The notes: a model not told the origin generated them from the sequence alone. A DNA stretch of 63,739 nucleotides, filler included, from Reticulomyxa filosa (GCA_000512085.1; 20 parts of 20 records of this genome joined end to end with filler, not necessarily neighbours in it), one strand, 5' to 3'. Counted from the whole stretch's first letter, positions 13,462 to 25,623 are shown. Numbers and translations: made by a program.

Positions 13462-15883
13462 TTATTTACCTTGCAAAAAACCAAAAAAGGTTCGAAATAT
13501 TCCGCCGCGTTGTTTCACAAATAATTTTTGTTCATCTTTCAAGCCTTTTGTATCCTTCCAAATACTGTCTTTCATTAACAAACCACTTTGGATACCAACC
13601 CTCCAAATACATTTCACCAAACTTGTCTCTGTTACATCAATAATTTTACAATTATCACAACTCCATAACCGAATTGTTTTATCCCGTGAATATGACGCCA
13701 ATTTGGAACCATCAGATGACAAGTGAACGCCATCAATATATCCAGTATGTCCTTCCAATACTTGAACTTGTTTTCCTGAAGATGCATTCCATATTCGAAT
13801 AGTTTTGTCTTTTGAATAGGAGATAATTTTAGAACCATCCGATGAAAACTGTGCTCTCGCTACTTCATCGACATGTCCTTCAAACGTATGCACTTGCTTT
13901 TCAGTTAATAAATTCCACAACCGAATTGTTTTATCACCTGGACATGATAAGATTTTAGTACCATCTGGAGAAAATCGTATATTATTTAAATCATTTTTAT
14001 GTCCTTCAAATAATAATCGTTTATTCCCAGATAATACATCCCATAATCGAAGTGTCCTATCACTTGAACATGACACAATTTTAGACCCATCTGATGAAAA
14101 TTGTACTCCTATTACATTATCTGAGTGCCCTTCAAGTACTTGAAGTTGTCCTCCAGATAAAACATCCCATAGTCGAACTGTATAATCACTAGAACAAGAT
14201 ACAACTTTGGATCCATCTGGTGAAAATTGCACATCATTTATATCAGTAGTATGTCCAGTAAATAAGTGGATTTGCTTTCCTGAGGATATATCCCATATTC
14301 GAATGGTTTTGTCATTCGAGCATGATACAAGTTTGGAATTATCAGGTGAAAATTGCACTTTTATCACTCGTTTTGAATGCCCTTCCAATAATTGAAGTTG
14401 TTTTCCTGATAACATATCCCATATTCGAACTGTGCTATCATCTGAATATGATATAATTTTAGAATTTTCTGGTAAAAATAGCACTCCATTTATATGTTTT
14501 AAATGACCTTCAAATATTTGGATCTGCTTTCTTGATTGTACATCCCACAATCGAATTGTATTATCTTTTAAAGATGACATGATTTTAGAACCATCAGGAG
14601 AACATTGCAATCCCGTTATAGCGTCTAGGTATCCTTCCATTAAATGAATCTTTCTTTCTACAGCCACATCCCATATTCGAATAGTCCCGTCCAATGAATA
14701 CGATAAAATTTTAGGTTCCTTTGGCAAAAATTCTACACCATATGCATCTTCTTCTAATAATTGGATTTGCTTTCCTGATGAAGAATCCCATACTCGAATT
14801 GTATTATCAATTGAACTAGATACAATTTTAGAGCCATCAGCTGAAAATCGGGCTTGCTCTATCCAACGTGAATGCCCTTCCAATACGTGAGTTTGTTTTC
14901 CAGAGGAGTGATCCCATAATCGAAGAGTACAATCACTTGAGTATGATAATACCCTCGAGCCATCTGGTGATAATTGAATTCCAAACACCTGACCTTTATG
15001 CCCATCTAATATTTGAATTTGCTGACCCGATAATGCATCCCATATTCGAATAGTTTTATCTTTTGAATACGATATAATCTGTGAGCCATTGGGCATGAAC
15101 AGTACTCCAGTTACTTTATCTGAATGTCCTTCTAATAATAAAAGCTGTTTTCCAGATAGCACATCCCATATTCGTATACTTTTATCTGCCGAACTTGATA
15201 CAATTTTGGAAGAATCTGGCGAAAATTGTGCAGCAAAAATAGTATCAGAATGTCCTTCTAATAATTGCAATTGTCCTCCAGATGATGCATCCAATATTCG
15301 GATAGTCTTTTCACTTGAATATACCACAATTTTAGAACCATCTGGCGAAAATGTTGCTGAAGCAATACCTGATAAATTTCCTCTCAATAGTTTAATTTGT
15401 TGACCTGATAATATATCCCATGTACGAATAGTTTCATCCCATGAACATGATACAATTTTAGAGCCATCATGCGAAAATTGTATTGTTGTTATTCCATCTG
15501 AATGTCCTTTCAATACCTGGAGCTGTTTTCGTAATGATGCATCCCATATTCGAATAGTGTTATCACGTGAATAAGATACTATTTTTGTTCCATCTGGTGA
15601 AAATTTAATTCCATCTACTCTCTTTGAATGTCCTTCCAAATATGCATATTCTCCAAAATAAATATTATTCATTGATGCGTTTGTGAAATTGACATTGCTT
15701 AGGCAAGCTTGACAAAAACGTACATAATCTAAATTGGCATTAGTAAAATTAGTTCCTTCAAGAAATGCACAGTCTAAGATCGCATGAGGAATTTTTATAT
15801 TATTCCAATCTTTGTAATGCATATTTACATTTGCTGAATTGAGTATGGTGATTGCATTTGCTGCTGCAATGTTAACATTGTCA
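13462..15883 (-). CDS. Pentapeptide + 16x WD40 C-terminal region, probably of a NACHT/STAND protein; 5'-partial
   Basis: AAANAITILN, then a pentapeptide segment (AFLEGTNFTNANLD), then 16 similar WD40 repeats. The frame stays open to the contig end; the NTPase domain is not on this contig. Confidence 0.85.
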
Positions 15884-16080
15884 NNNNNNNNNNNNNNNNN
15901 NNNNNNNNNNNNNNNNNNNNNNNNNNNTTAATTAATTAANNNNNNNNNNNNNNNNNNNNNNNNNNNNNNNNNNNNNNNNNNNNAATTTTTTTTTTTTTTT
16001 TTTTTGTAATGTGATTTTTTTTAAAAAAAAAAATTAAAGTTTGACCAAAAAAAAAAACTTTTTTTTTTTTTTTAAGTTAC

Positions 16081-16650
16081 CTAACATCGCATGCCCCGGT
16101 CTTTCACTTGGAATGACTTGTCCATTGATGGTTCTTGACAACCCAACTGCAAAGTCACAGATATCGATTGCTTCTTGAACCTCTCCTTCACCCTCGGTTA
16201 GAATTTTTCCATTTTCTAATGAAACCAGTCTTCCCAATGCCTTTTTTTAAAATAGTTTTTTTTCTCTTTTCGTCCCCCTCCACCCCCCCTTTTCTTAAAA
16301 AAAAAAAAAACTTTTTTTTTTTGTCGCAGGATTTCTCCCATTCGTCGGACGACTTCTCCACGCTTTGGTGCTGGCGTCAACGCCCATTGTCGTTTTACGC
16401 GGGTCATCGCCTCGATACACTTTTCATAATCATTTGCATTTCCAGTTTTCACCTTGGCAATCAATTTGTTGTTTGCTGGGTTCACACTTTCGATCACTGG
16501 GCCATTTGCATTCCACTTGCCGTTGAACACCCCCACGTTATCCGAACTGTCTGACAGTCCTAGTTCAGACAATAACGCCGAATTACTTGTCGAAAAATTA
16601 CGAGGTGAGCGGCGAGCAATGCGCAATATTTTACTAATTTTGGCCAACAT
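16081..16650 (-). CDS. ALDH7A1: Aldehyde dehydrogenase family 7 (antiquitin), 3'-partial, with mitochondrial-type presequence
   Basis: [66 protein letters not shown]. Intron 16241-16311. R/S-rich N-terminus. Confidence 0.92.
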
Positions 16651-17182
16651 TTCCAAGATTTTTTTTGGGGTTGTTTTTTTGTAAAATAACTCTTTTTTCA
16701 AAACACTAATTGTCAATCAAACGTATGTCATCACAAACTTATAAAGTAATACAAGCTTATTCTTTCATTCACATTAAAGATTTCTTTTTGTCACCATTTA
16801 AAAATTTTACGTATCGTAAAAATAGTGACTTCTCTTTTTTAAAAGTTATTTGCATAAACTCAATATGCAAAAAAAAAGGTACTACAGTGATTTTTGCTTA
16901 TTTCCCTTGAGGAGCTGCATTTCTTTTAGATATTTTTAATTGCTTCTTCAGGATCTCGACAAAAGTTGAACCCGAAAGTTGGAAATTCAGGCTTTGTATA
17001 TTTTGCTCCGTCAACAGCACGATCTATTAATTTTAACTTCATTGCAAATGTTGGTTGTATTTGATTTTTTCCTTATAATACCAATGGAGAGAGGAGTGTT
17101 GGAGGCCTCCTCAAAAGTTTTTGACTAGTGTGACAAATCGCACCTAAAAAAAGGGATTAAAAAACACACTGTAAAAAAAAAG

Positions 17183-17529
17183 ATGACAGCGAAAGAAAAA
17201 GATAAGAAAGGATGGGACGAACAAAGCGTAGAAGAATTGTCGCAAAAATTGGAAAAAGAAATAAAAGACGTACTGGAAGAAAGTGACTTTCAAAGCAAAT
17301 TTGTGAACACGTGGGTAGATAAGATGTCGAAAGTGCTCAAAGTTTATTGAAAGAAAAAAAACTTCCAAATTACAAATATATCACTGACTGTATTATATTG
17401 CCAAGAGGCAGTGGCTATAAGAAAAACACTGCATTTTGGTGGCAGCCAAAAACAGATGTGGCTATTACGGTTAAAGTAGATACCGATCACTTGCATTGCC
17501 TTGTTGTGTGCTACTGTGTTCAAGTGTAA
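17183..17529 (+). CDS. Tctex-1 family dynein light chain
   Basis: ...VNTWVDK[I]VESAQSLLKEKKLPNYKYITDCIILPRGSG...FWWQPKTD...LHCLVVCYCV*. Needs one extra T near 17325. Confidence 0.8.
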
Positions 17530-18977
17530 AAAGTTTTTTTGAGAGGAGCTACGTTCCCAAAGAATTTGCAACAAGCTGTACATTGCCTCTTTGCTGAGGC
17601 TTCAAACTTGGCTTGTTTCTTCTTTTGTGATCCATTCTGACATGTTGTATGCTTGTTCTAAGAGACTTAATAGCATACATGTGTTGATTCAACCGATCTA
17701 TCAATATTATACTCTTGCTGCCTTGGGCTCTTAGCACTATAATGTTTTCAGTTCCATTTTGCACAATTTGTTTTTGCTTGTTAACCTTTTCGCGAATTTT
17801 TATTAATTATGTTTGCAATTGATGTATAATTGTTAATATTTTCACTTTATACTGTAAATAGAGGTAAATTAATTTTATTACATCCATCACGTGTTGAATA
17901 TGAGAAATTTATGCAAGTTTCTTGCATAACATTTTGCAAATTCAAAAAGGAACAATTCTAAGTACTACCGCTCCTCAAAAGTAATCATTTTGCAAAAAAA
18001 AAAGTTTGAATTCTCAACTAATATGCAGGGCAAGAAAAAGGTCTGGAAAAAAAATCGCACAGCCATAGACTACCAAAAACACGTAAAAAAGAACAAACAA
18101 ACTGAGAAAAAATTGAACAATGACAAACAAAACAAATGATTTATTATTTCTCTTGCTCGCAAAATCGACGTCTTTTAACAACCTGTTTACAGTACACAAC
18201 ACAAAACAATTTTTTTTTTCTTTTCCACAAATTTTAGAATGTTTATTATTACATTTTTTATCAGAATAACGGACTTACAATTCCCATGTTTCTCAACCTA
18301 ACAAAGTCATCAAACAAAAAAGGTTATTTAAAAGATAAATGAACACTTACAAAATAATAAATCCAATTATTACAAACAAAATCTAATGTTTGGAATAAAA
18401 ACACCCAAAGAACAGAAAATAACAAAAAGACGAAGTCCAAAAATAAAAACACTTATAGCAACCAAGGGTAAACTGATGATTATCAACTAAAAAAACAAAA
18501 CACTTTACACACATTATAGAACGTGTTTTTTGGTTTAATTTAATAATGTTTAATTTTTCGAATTTTTTAAAAATTTTTCATGTCTTAGCAAGGCAAATGT
18601 TAGATCACATCAGGACGAATAGAGTCATATACATAATATCTTAGCACATATTGTGATAATGGCCTTTCACCTTTTGCTCTTATCTATATTGAATTTTTTA
18701 AGTTTTTGTTGGATTAATTATTTATCTTAATCCACTAAATTGTGTTTGCCATGATAAGTGTAAGTCAGTGTGTTTGTAAAAATTCTTGCACATTTCAATG
18801 CAGCCAATACAATGTGACAGTATGTTGCAAGCTTAAACTCCGTTTTGGTCATTAAAAAAGACTATTTGGTCCTCTACAGAACATTGCAATATTCATAGAT
18901 GTTCTCCTCCACAAGACAATTTAGTCATTACTATTGCAATTCTTTGTTGTGCGTCCCAACAAATAAATGGGGGTGAT

Positions 18978-19425
18978 TTGACGAGTGCCTCGCAAACATT
19001 GACGCGTAGTTTTGCGAGTAAAACGATGCACTATCGCCCAAAAGTGATGCATCGTCGAGCGAGAAGAAGGATGCTTGTAAAAAATCTAGCGGAAGGCCGT
19101 CACACACAAGTAATTGCAATGCCATTGGAACCCCACCCATTTCCTCCGCATCCACAGAAACCGCAAGAAATAGTGTGGTGTAACGACCTACGAAGGGCAT
19201 ATCGTACACCAAACCAACAGACAATGAACGAAAACCTGTACACTGATCAAAAAGCAGGTGAAGAATGGTTTTTGAAGAAAATGAATCGACATAATGCAAT
19301 TCGAGAAAATAAAAACAAGTGGAAGGAATTTCTGAAAAATTCGAGTTTAAGCAAAACTACATTGACAATGCTATCAATGAAATTCCTAACAATCAGGCCC
19401 TTTGACCACTTTTTGGTGCAAAAAA
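18978..19425 (+). CDS. Hypothetical basic protein, possibly mitochondrial; partial
   Basis: Open frame to the contig end with an R-rich 'TLTRSFASK' presequence-like segment. Start not resolved. Confidence 0.35.
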
Positions 19426-19525
19426 NNNNNNNNNNNNNNNNNNNNNNNNNNNNNNNNNNNNNNNNNNNNTTAATTAATTAANNNNNNNNNNNNNNNNNNN
19501 NNNNNNNNNNNNNNNNNNNNNNNNN

Positions 19526-19636
19526 TTTTTTTGCCTTATCTTTATTCTTTAGTTTATTAATTTGCTTTTTAAGTTTTTTTTGTTGTTCTGAGACTTTCTT
19601 CAGCCTATCTGCGAGTGATATATTACCCATATACAT
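19526..19636 (-). CDS. N-terminus of a small coiled-coil protein, TraD(Ti)/MobS-like; truncated
   Basis: MYMGNISLADRLKKVSEQQKKLKKQINKLKNKDKAKK runs off the contig edge. Called from composition and context only. Confidence 0.35.
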
Positions 19637-19852
19637 ATATTAAATTGTGTAGTTATATATTACAATAAACACTGATTATTGTAAACAGATATTTTGCAAT
19701 ATTTAATTATATATTAGCTTATTTATCTTTATATTTATTCAAATTAATGCTACTTAAAATGGTTAATATTTATAATAAATATTTTACAGATATTCTTACT
19801 TGGATTTACTTATTATACAATACTATTTATATATTGCTATATAATGGATATA

Positions 19853-20101
19853 TTATTTCGTATAAACTAATTGATATTTCTTACGCATTCTTACTTTATG
19901 AATAATATTAATTATCCTGTTTATTTCCTCTCTAGTATTATAATCACGGATTTTGTAATTTCCCAAGGCAGATATAAGACTACCCCATGTTTGTATTAGA
20001 CTTAAGTCATTAAATAAGTTTCTTTGTACCATTACATGATAAAACTTTGTTTCAGTTTTCCATAAGAAAAAGTTAGGATTGTTATTTAAGTCTATATCCA
20101 T
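19853..20101 (-). CDS. Stand-alone WGR-domain protein
   Basis: 82 aa: KFYHVMVQRNLFNDLSLIQTWGSL...KVRMRKKY fits the WGR pattern Y..Q.DLFG.W.L...WG...R.K.GY. Confidence 0.8.
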   Translation of the reverse strand: MDIDLNNNPNFFLWKTETKFYHVMVQRNLFNDLSLIQTWGSLISALGNYKIRDYNTREEINRIINIIHKVRMRKKYQLVYTK

Positions 20102-20359
20102 ATATCGGTTATAAGTAATGATAATAATTTATAAGGCTTATAATGTATGCTAATTTTATTAAAAATAATATCAATTCTTATTTTAAACACTCCTCGCCTA
20201 ACTCTTATTGTTTTGCTTAAGGGAATGATTATTATGCTTAAGTGAGGCTCAAGGCTGGCTCTTTAAAGTGCGTATTGCAAGTCTTTTAAGCTGTTGTTTT
20301 TATTCAACAACCTCTAAAACTCGCTTTAAATATGTTTTTAAATGCGGTTCTGTTTTTAG

Positions 20360-21240
20360 GCTACACCCCCCAGCCAAACCATTTGACTTTCTTCTAAAAA
20401 GTATTTTAGAATCAATTTAAAGGCATGTCGATCTCTTTAGATACCTTTTTCCTGAGCTAATCTTTTGTTTTTAAGGCATTGCATTTATTTTGCATTTTAA
20501 GAGGGGTTTTACTTTAAGCTACCCCCCTGCGTTAAAATCTCATTTTCTTTTAAAATATACTTTAAAAACTGTTTAACTGTATAGTTGCATTTATTGCGTT
20601 CTTTTAGTGTTTTTAAAAGCTTTTTATCTTTTTGGCTCACCCTAGCCAGCACTTTTGATTTTCTTCTAAAACATAGCCTGGAATTTATCTGAATATAAAA
20701 ACTTCAGACGCCAGTTAGGGCTAAAAGTCTTCTTTGATGAGCTATCTATACAGTTAAAATGTTCTGTATTAAAATATCATGATAAGTCGATTGCGGCAAG
20801 CCGTTAAAAAGTTGTACACCTATAGCAACTAATGTTGCTTTTTAAAAAATCGAGCTCAATAATAGAGACTACCTTTGCTAGCAAAAATGGATTTTCTGTA
20901 TACATTGATTGGGAGCGACTTTTAAAGCATTAATTTAATTATAGGCTTCATTTAGCATATGTATACACGAAATTGGATTTTTGTATACACTTACTGGATG
21001 GGCTTTTAAAACGATTTAATCGTCTATAGCCTGCTTTCTACTTATGTATACATAAAGTCGTGTTTTTGTATACAAAGAGAGATTAAGCTTACTGGATGCC
21101 ATTATACTCCATACTCTACCTATGTATACACGAAATTGAGACATATAAAAACATGCGTTTTTAAAGCTAAATCTTTCCTTAAGCTACCCCCCCTAGCCAA
21201 GCTATTTGACTTTCTTTTAAAACATAGCTTAAAATAAGTT
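20360..21240 (+). repeat. Four dispersed ~55-bp imperfect direct repeats
   Basis: gctAcCCCcc(t)agcca..c.atttgactttctt(c/t)taaaa at 20360, 20518, 20635 and 21183. Confidence 0.75.
20812..21130. repeat. 85-bp-period array with TGTATACA palindromes (iteron/origin-like)
   Basis: TGTATACA at 20897, 20960, 20982, 21045, 21067 and 21123. 20897/20982/21067 and 20960/21045 are exactly 85 bp apart; pairs are 22 bp apart. Confidence 0.8.
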
Positions 21241-21318
21241 GCTTAATCATCTTTTATCTTTGCTTTGACGGATATTCCTTATATCAAGGCTTGTTTTTAA
21301 TACTCTGCATTGGTTACT

Positions 21319-24279
21319 TCACATGCCAAAGTCCATTTCATCTCTCCTGATACTATGCGAAGGAGTTCTTTGCGCTTGCTGAACAGGTGCAGGTTTATGC
21401 AACTCTGCAGTATGAATATCCTTGTCATGTATCTGGCTTTCTTTATTCGCTTTTACAATTTGCTTTTCTTGTGCATTTGTTCCTTTTATTTCATAATCTA
21501 TTTGTATTCCCAGATTATGCGATCCTGCTCTATTGTCTATATACTTATTACTATTGTTCCCAATACTCATCATTGCCTTTAATCTTTCTATTCTTTTTAT
21601 TGGTATATTCACTCCATATTTGCCTTCATATTTTATCACTTCTTTGGCAATCATATTCGCTTTATTATATTCCATACCTTGCTTTTGATATTCCATTGCC
21701 AATTCTTTTAACTTTATCTCCTTATTATTAAACTCCCTCAATACCTTATTTATTTCCTCAGGGATATAAAATACACTATCCTTATTTGCCAGCCTTGAAT
21801 CTATTGCCATTAATCTTTCTAATTTATCTTCTAATACTTCTTTATTCTTTACATCTGCAATACCTGTAATATTTATTTTGCTCTGTAAATGCTTCCTTAA
21901 CTCTTCTTTCCTTAATACTTCATAGCAGACTCTTAATAAATACTCTCTCTTATTTGTATATTGTGCGTCTATTCCCATTCTCTCATAGTAATCCTTTATA
22001 CTCTCTGCTGTCTTTTGACTCACTTCCTTCGTTACTCTATCATCATTTATATTATCTGTTTCTTTAAGTAGTTTATTTATCGTTTTTCCAAAATGCCATT
22101 GTCTAAATTGTCGCTTTTTATATTATCTAACGGAGATAAGTACCTCAGAGAAAACTCCTCTCCTATGGCATTAAGTTGCTTCCCACATAACTGCATTGAT
22201 TGACTTGCTTCTGAATGCTTGTATAACGCATTCAAATCCTTCTCTATTGAATCTAATGCCTTTTCTCTGGCAGACATGCCTATGCCAAGATAATTCAATA
22301 TACTAAATCCTTTTATCTGTCCTAATACTTCCGGATCCTTCTCTACTGTCCTGAGCGCTCCTATCATGCCATCCTTTTGTACAAGCCTGTCCCACTTATG
22401 TTCCGCTGCCTTAGGTGATTCATATGCACTAAAGCATCCATTTATCTTCTCTTGAGATATGGTAGACATATGTAGTTTAATTTCTTTTTGTAGCTTTGTG
22501 GCTTTCTCATTAAAGTTATTTGTATCTGTCTTTAAATCCAATGCTTCTATATATTGATTAATACCTTTAACACCACTTTCCTTTAAGATATCGTTAAAGT
22601 CCTTACCTTGTTCTTTTGGCTTTATTATATCTACTCTTTTAAATCCTTGTTCTCTAAATATTCCTAATGCTTTTTCAATTGCTGACTGAGTCCCAGGATT
22701 ATCTCCATCATTATCCGCAACTATGATTAACTCTTTATCTTTATCTGTAAGTTCGATATTCTTTATATTCGATATACCTAAACTGCATATTACTCTTGCT
22801 GTTGGTTGAGCTTGTGCTATCGATAATGCTGTCTCCAGTCCTTCTGCTATAAATATCCGTGAGGATTTGCTATTGTTTGTTAATTCAACATGAGCTCCTG
22901 TTAATACTCCATAACTTCTCTTTACTATCGATAACTCCTTATTCTTGCCTCCTTCCTTATTAAGATAAATCGTTTGTGTTGCCTTTACCTTACCTGTGTT
23001 ATCTCTTGCCACACTTACTATCCCGGGATAATATTCCCCTGTCTCAGAAGACCTGATATTATCTCGATACCTTATATCCTCAGAAAGCTTTATCTTCTCT
23101 ATATCTATTTGCCTATGCTCTTTTAAATACTTACGCCCCAAGCTCGCCTTGCTATCTCTAATAGCTATAGTCTTATCTGCAAGCCAGCTTACAGCTTTTA
23201 ACTTATCCTGCTCCAATGTCTCCTTAACCTTGACTTCTTCATAACTACCAATACTGATATTGTTCTCTTTATAAGCCTTATATAAGCTTCCTCCTTCTCC
23301 AGATGAAAAATCATGCCATAATCCGCTCTTTAAATTTACTGATATACTTCCTTTATTACCAAATCTCAGTTCCGCATTATTCGATAACTTTTGATTAAGC
23401 TCTCCAAAGACCTTACTTGCTGTTTCTTTTATCAGAGCCACATTCCCCAAAAACTCGTTATAGCGTTCATTTCTGTCAAATACTTTTACTTGCTTTTGAG
23501 GAGTAACAAATTCTTTTCTATTTCCTTCCTTCTCTTTTGTTATAACACCAGCTTTCTGATGCTTGATTGCTGAACTCTTTTCTCCGCTGTGAGTTGCTAA
23601 CCATTTAGAAAGATGACTTATATTATTTGTGATTAACTTCACTCCATGCCTTGCTCTTGATAGCGTTACATAATACGATCTTTGCGTCGAAAGCGATATA
23701 TACTGCTCCCTTGCACGCAAGACCCCTATTACATAATCCGCTGTCTTTCCTTGCGCCGAATACGCCGTGTCACTATAGGCATAATCTATATGCTTTAAAT
23801 CTTTATCTTTTAAATCTGCCTCAACTACCTTGCCGTCACCCATTTCAAGCTTTATCTTATTTTCCAAAATACCTATAACCTTTGCTTCAGATCCATTAAC
23901 TATATAATTCTTTTCTTTATTGTTCCTCGTCCATTTAATCCTTTCTCCTATGCCAAGCTTTATCTTCTCTTCTTCATATATCGATATTCTACCGAAGCTT
24001 TTCTCCGGTATACTCTTTGGATCCCATTCAAAACTTTGTCTATCTCCTTCAAGCTTTAACTTATCGTTACTCACTACTAAAACCTTATAATAATCTCCTC
24101 TTTTTATTCCATTCCTTTCATCATTACTATTAAACCTAATCACATCTCCTTGCTTGTAATTCAAGAGATCTCTCCTCTTTGTATTACTTAACCCCTTTCT
24201 GGCAAGTATACTATGCTCAGTATCTTCTCCCTTTACATAATAGACTTCTTTCGAAACTCATAACTTCAGCTCCCAATTA
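21319..24279 (-). CDS. Conjugative relaxase C-terminal half (TraI/TraA-like): SF1B helicase + Toprim primase + BID-like domain
   Basis: Helicase motifs HIDYAYSDTAYSAQGKT and YVTLSRAR; Toprim motifs FIAEGLETALS, VADND and KDFND. ORFs 22077-24164 and 21319-22023 fuse if one A is added in the A5 run near 22085. 5' end missing. Confidence 0.85.
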
Positions 24280-24477
24280 NNNNNNNNNNNNNNNNNNNNN
24301 NNNNNNNNNNNNNNNNNNNNNNNTTAATTAATTAANNNNNNNNNNNNNNNNNNNNNNNNNNNNNNNNNNNNNNNNNNNNTTTTTTTTTTTAGTTTAATTT
24401 TTTTTGGGTACTTTCGTTTTTTTTTTTTTTTTTTACAATTTCCTCTCATTTTGCTTAAAACTCAAACAGACCAAACT

Positions 24478-25072
24478 CTTTAAGTTTGATATACACTTCC
24501 ACTCCTTCCACTCGGGCCAATTCACCCAAGCAGTCTGCAGCTGCTTCTCGTACTCGATGTTCCGGATGTTCCAAGAATTTTCTGGCCGTTTCCAACAGTT
24601 TGCTCCGGAACTTTGACTCGCTATATTTGACCAAATTCTATGTCCATTGTTTATTTATTTATTTGTTCTTCTTTATTTGCTGCTCTTGTCATGCTTTTTA
24701 TTCAATTTCTTCACACACACACACACACGAAACTTGTGCCAAAATAAATGCGCTTTGATATGCTTGCCAGGTCTCTTGCAGCAATAAAAGATCTACATAT
24801 CCTTCGATTTCTGACAGCTTCGAGAAGTTTCCTGTTTTTTTTGGTTTGTTTGTGATAAAATTCCCCTTTTTTTTTAATAAGAAAGGGATACCATTTTCAA
24901 AAGGTTTCACTAATTGCTCAATAGCTTCCTTTCGAACTACAAAAAATTGGTTAGATAATTGCTCTTGCAGTTCGCTCGGAATCTTTGATGACTCAGAGAT
25001 CTCTGTTTTTTCTTCAGTCTCCTCATCACCAAAATATTTTTTCGCTTTTGCAGTTTGAAATTGTTCAGACAT
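24478..25072 (-). CDS. HEAT/ARM-repeat protein, 3'-partial
   Basis: Three exons; contains FVVRKEAIEQL and FLEHPEHRVREAAADCLGELAR (HEAT signature). Confidence 0.65.
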
Positions 25073-25623
25073 TTATGAGAGATAATGTATTTTTTGTCGA
25101 AAAGGGCTTTGTCATTGTTGCAATTAACAAATCCAATAACTCACCACAAAACCACGCATCTTTTCTAAGTTCTAAAACATAACTTAAACGCGTGCTGCCA
25201 TTAAAAAAATATTGAACGTTAAAGTGCTAATTTATTCTTCATTGATATTGTTATTGTGGCTGAAAATTTGAATGCGAGTGTGAAATAAATTGTATACATA
25301 TTTATAAGTCATAATTCAAATCTTTACAAATTAATATATATTTAAACGTAGTAACATTTGATGTGTATGAATTCTAAATAATTAACAATAACTAGCCAGG
25401 TGAAAAAATTTTGAAAATAGATAGTTATTTATAATTGGACGAATTTGTATTGTAACAGTAGATAGAATATTGTGAATTGGCAGTGTATCATGATTTGCAG
25501 ATGTGATTTATGATAAACTTGTGTAAGGTTTGTATAGACTTATGCAAGATTTTTTTAATGAGAATTTGACAATATATTTATTATGTATTTGTAATATACT
25601 AAACCGGTGCAGTGAATTCACTA

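Larger units (their letters stand above)
19526..24279. mobile_element. Bacterial (Rickettsiales-like) conjugative plasmid/ICE fragment
   Basis: Intronless co-oriented minus-strand genes (relaxase-helicase-Toprim, WGR, traD-like) and a repeat-rich 1.2-kb intergenic region. No host microsatellites or introns. Confidence 0.8.

Noticed and set aside
20360-21240. CRISPR array in the bacterial contig
   Set aside because: The repeats are degenerate, the intervening sequences resemble each other instead of being unique spacers, and no cas gene is present.
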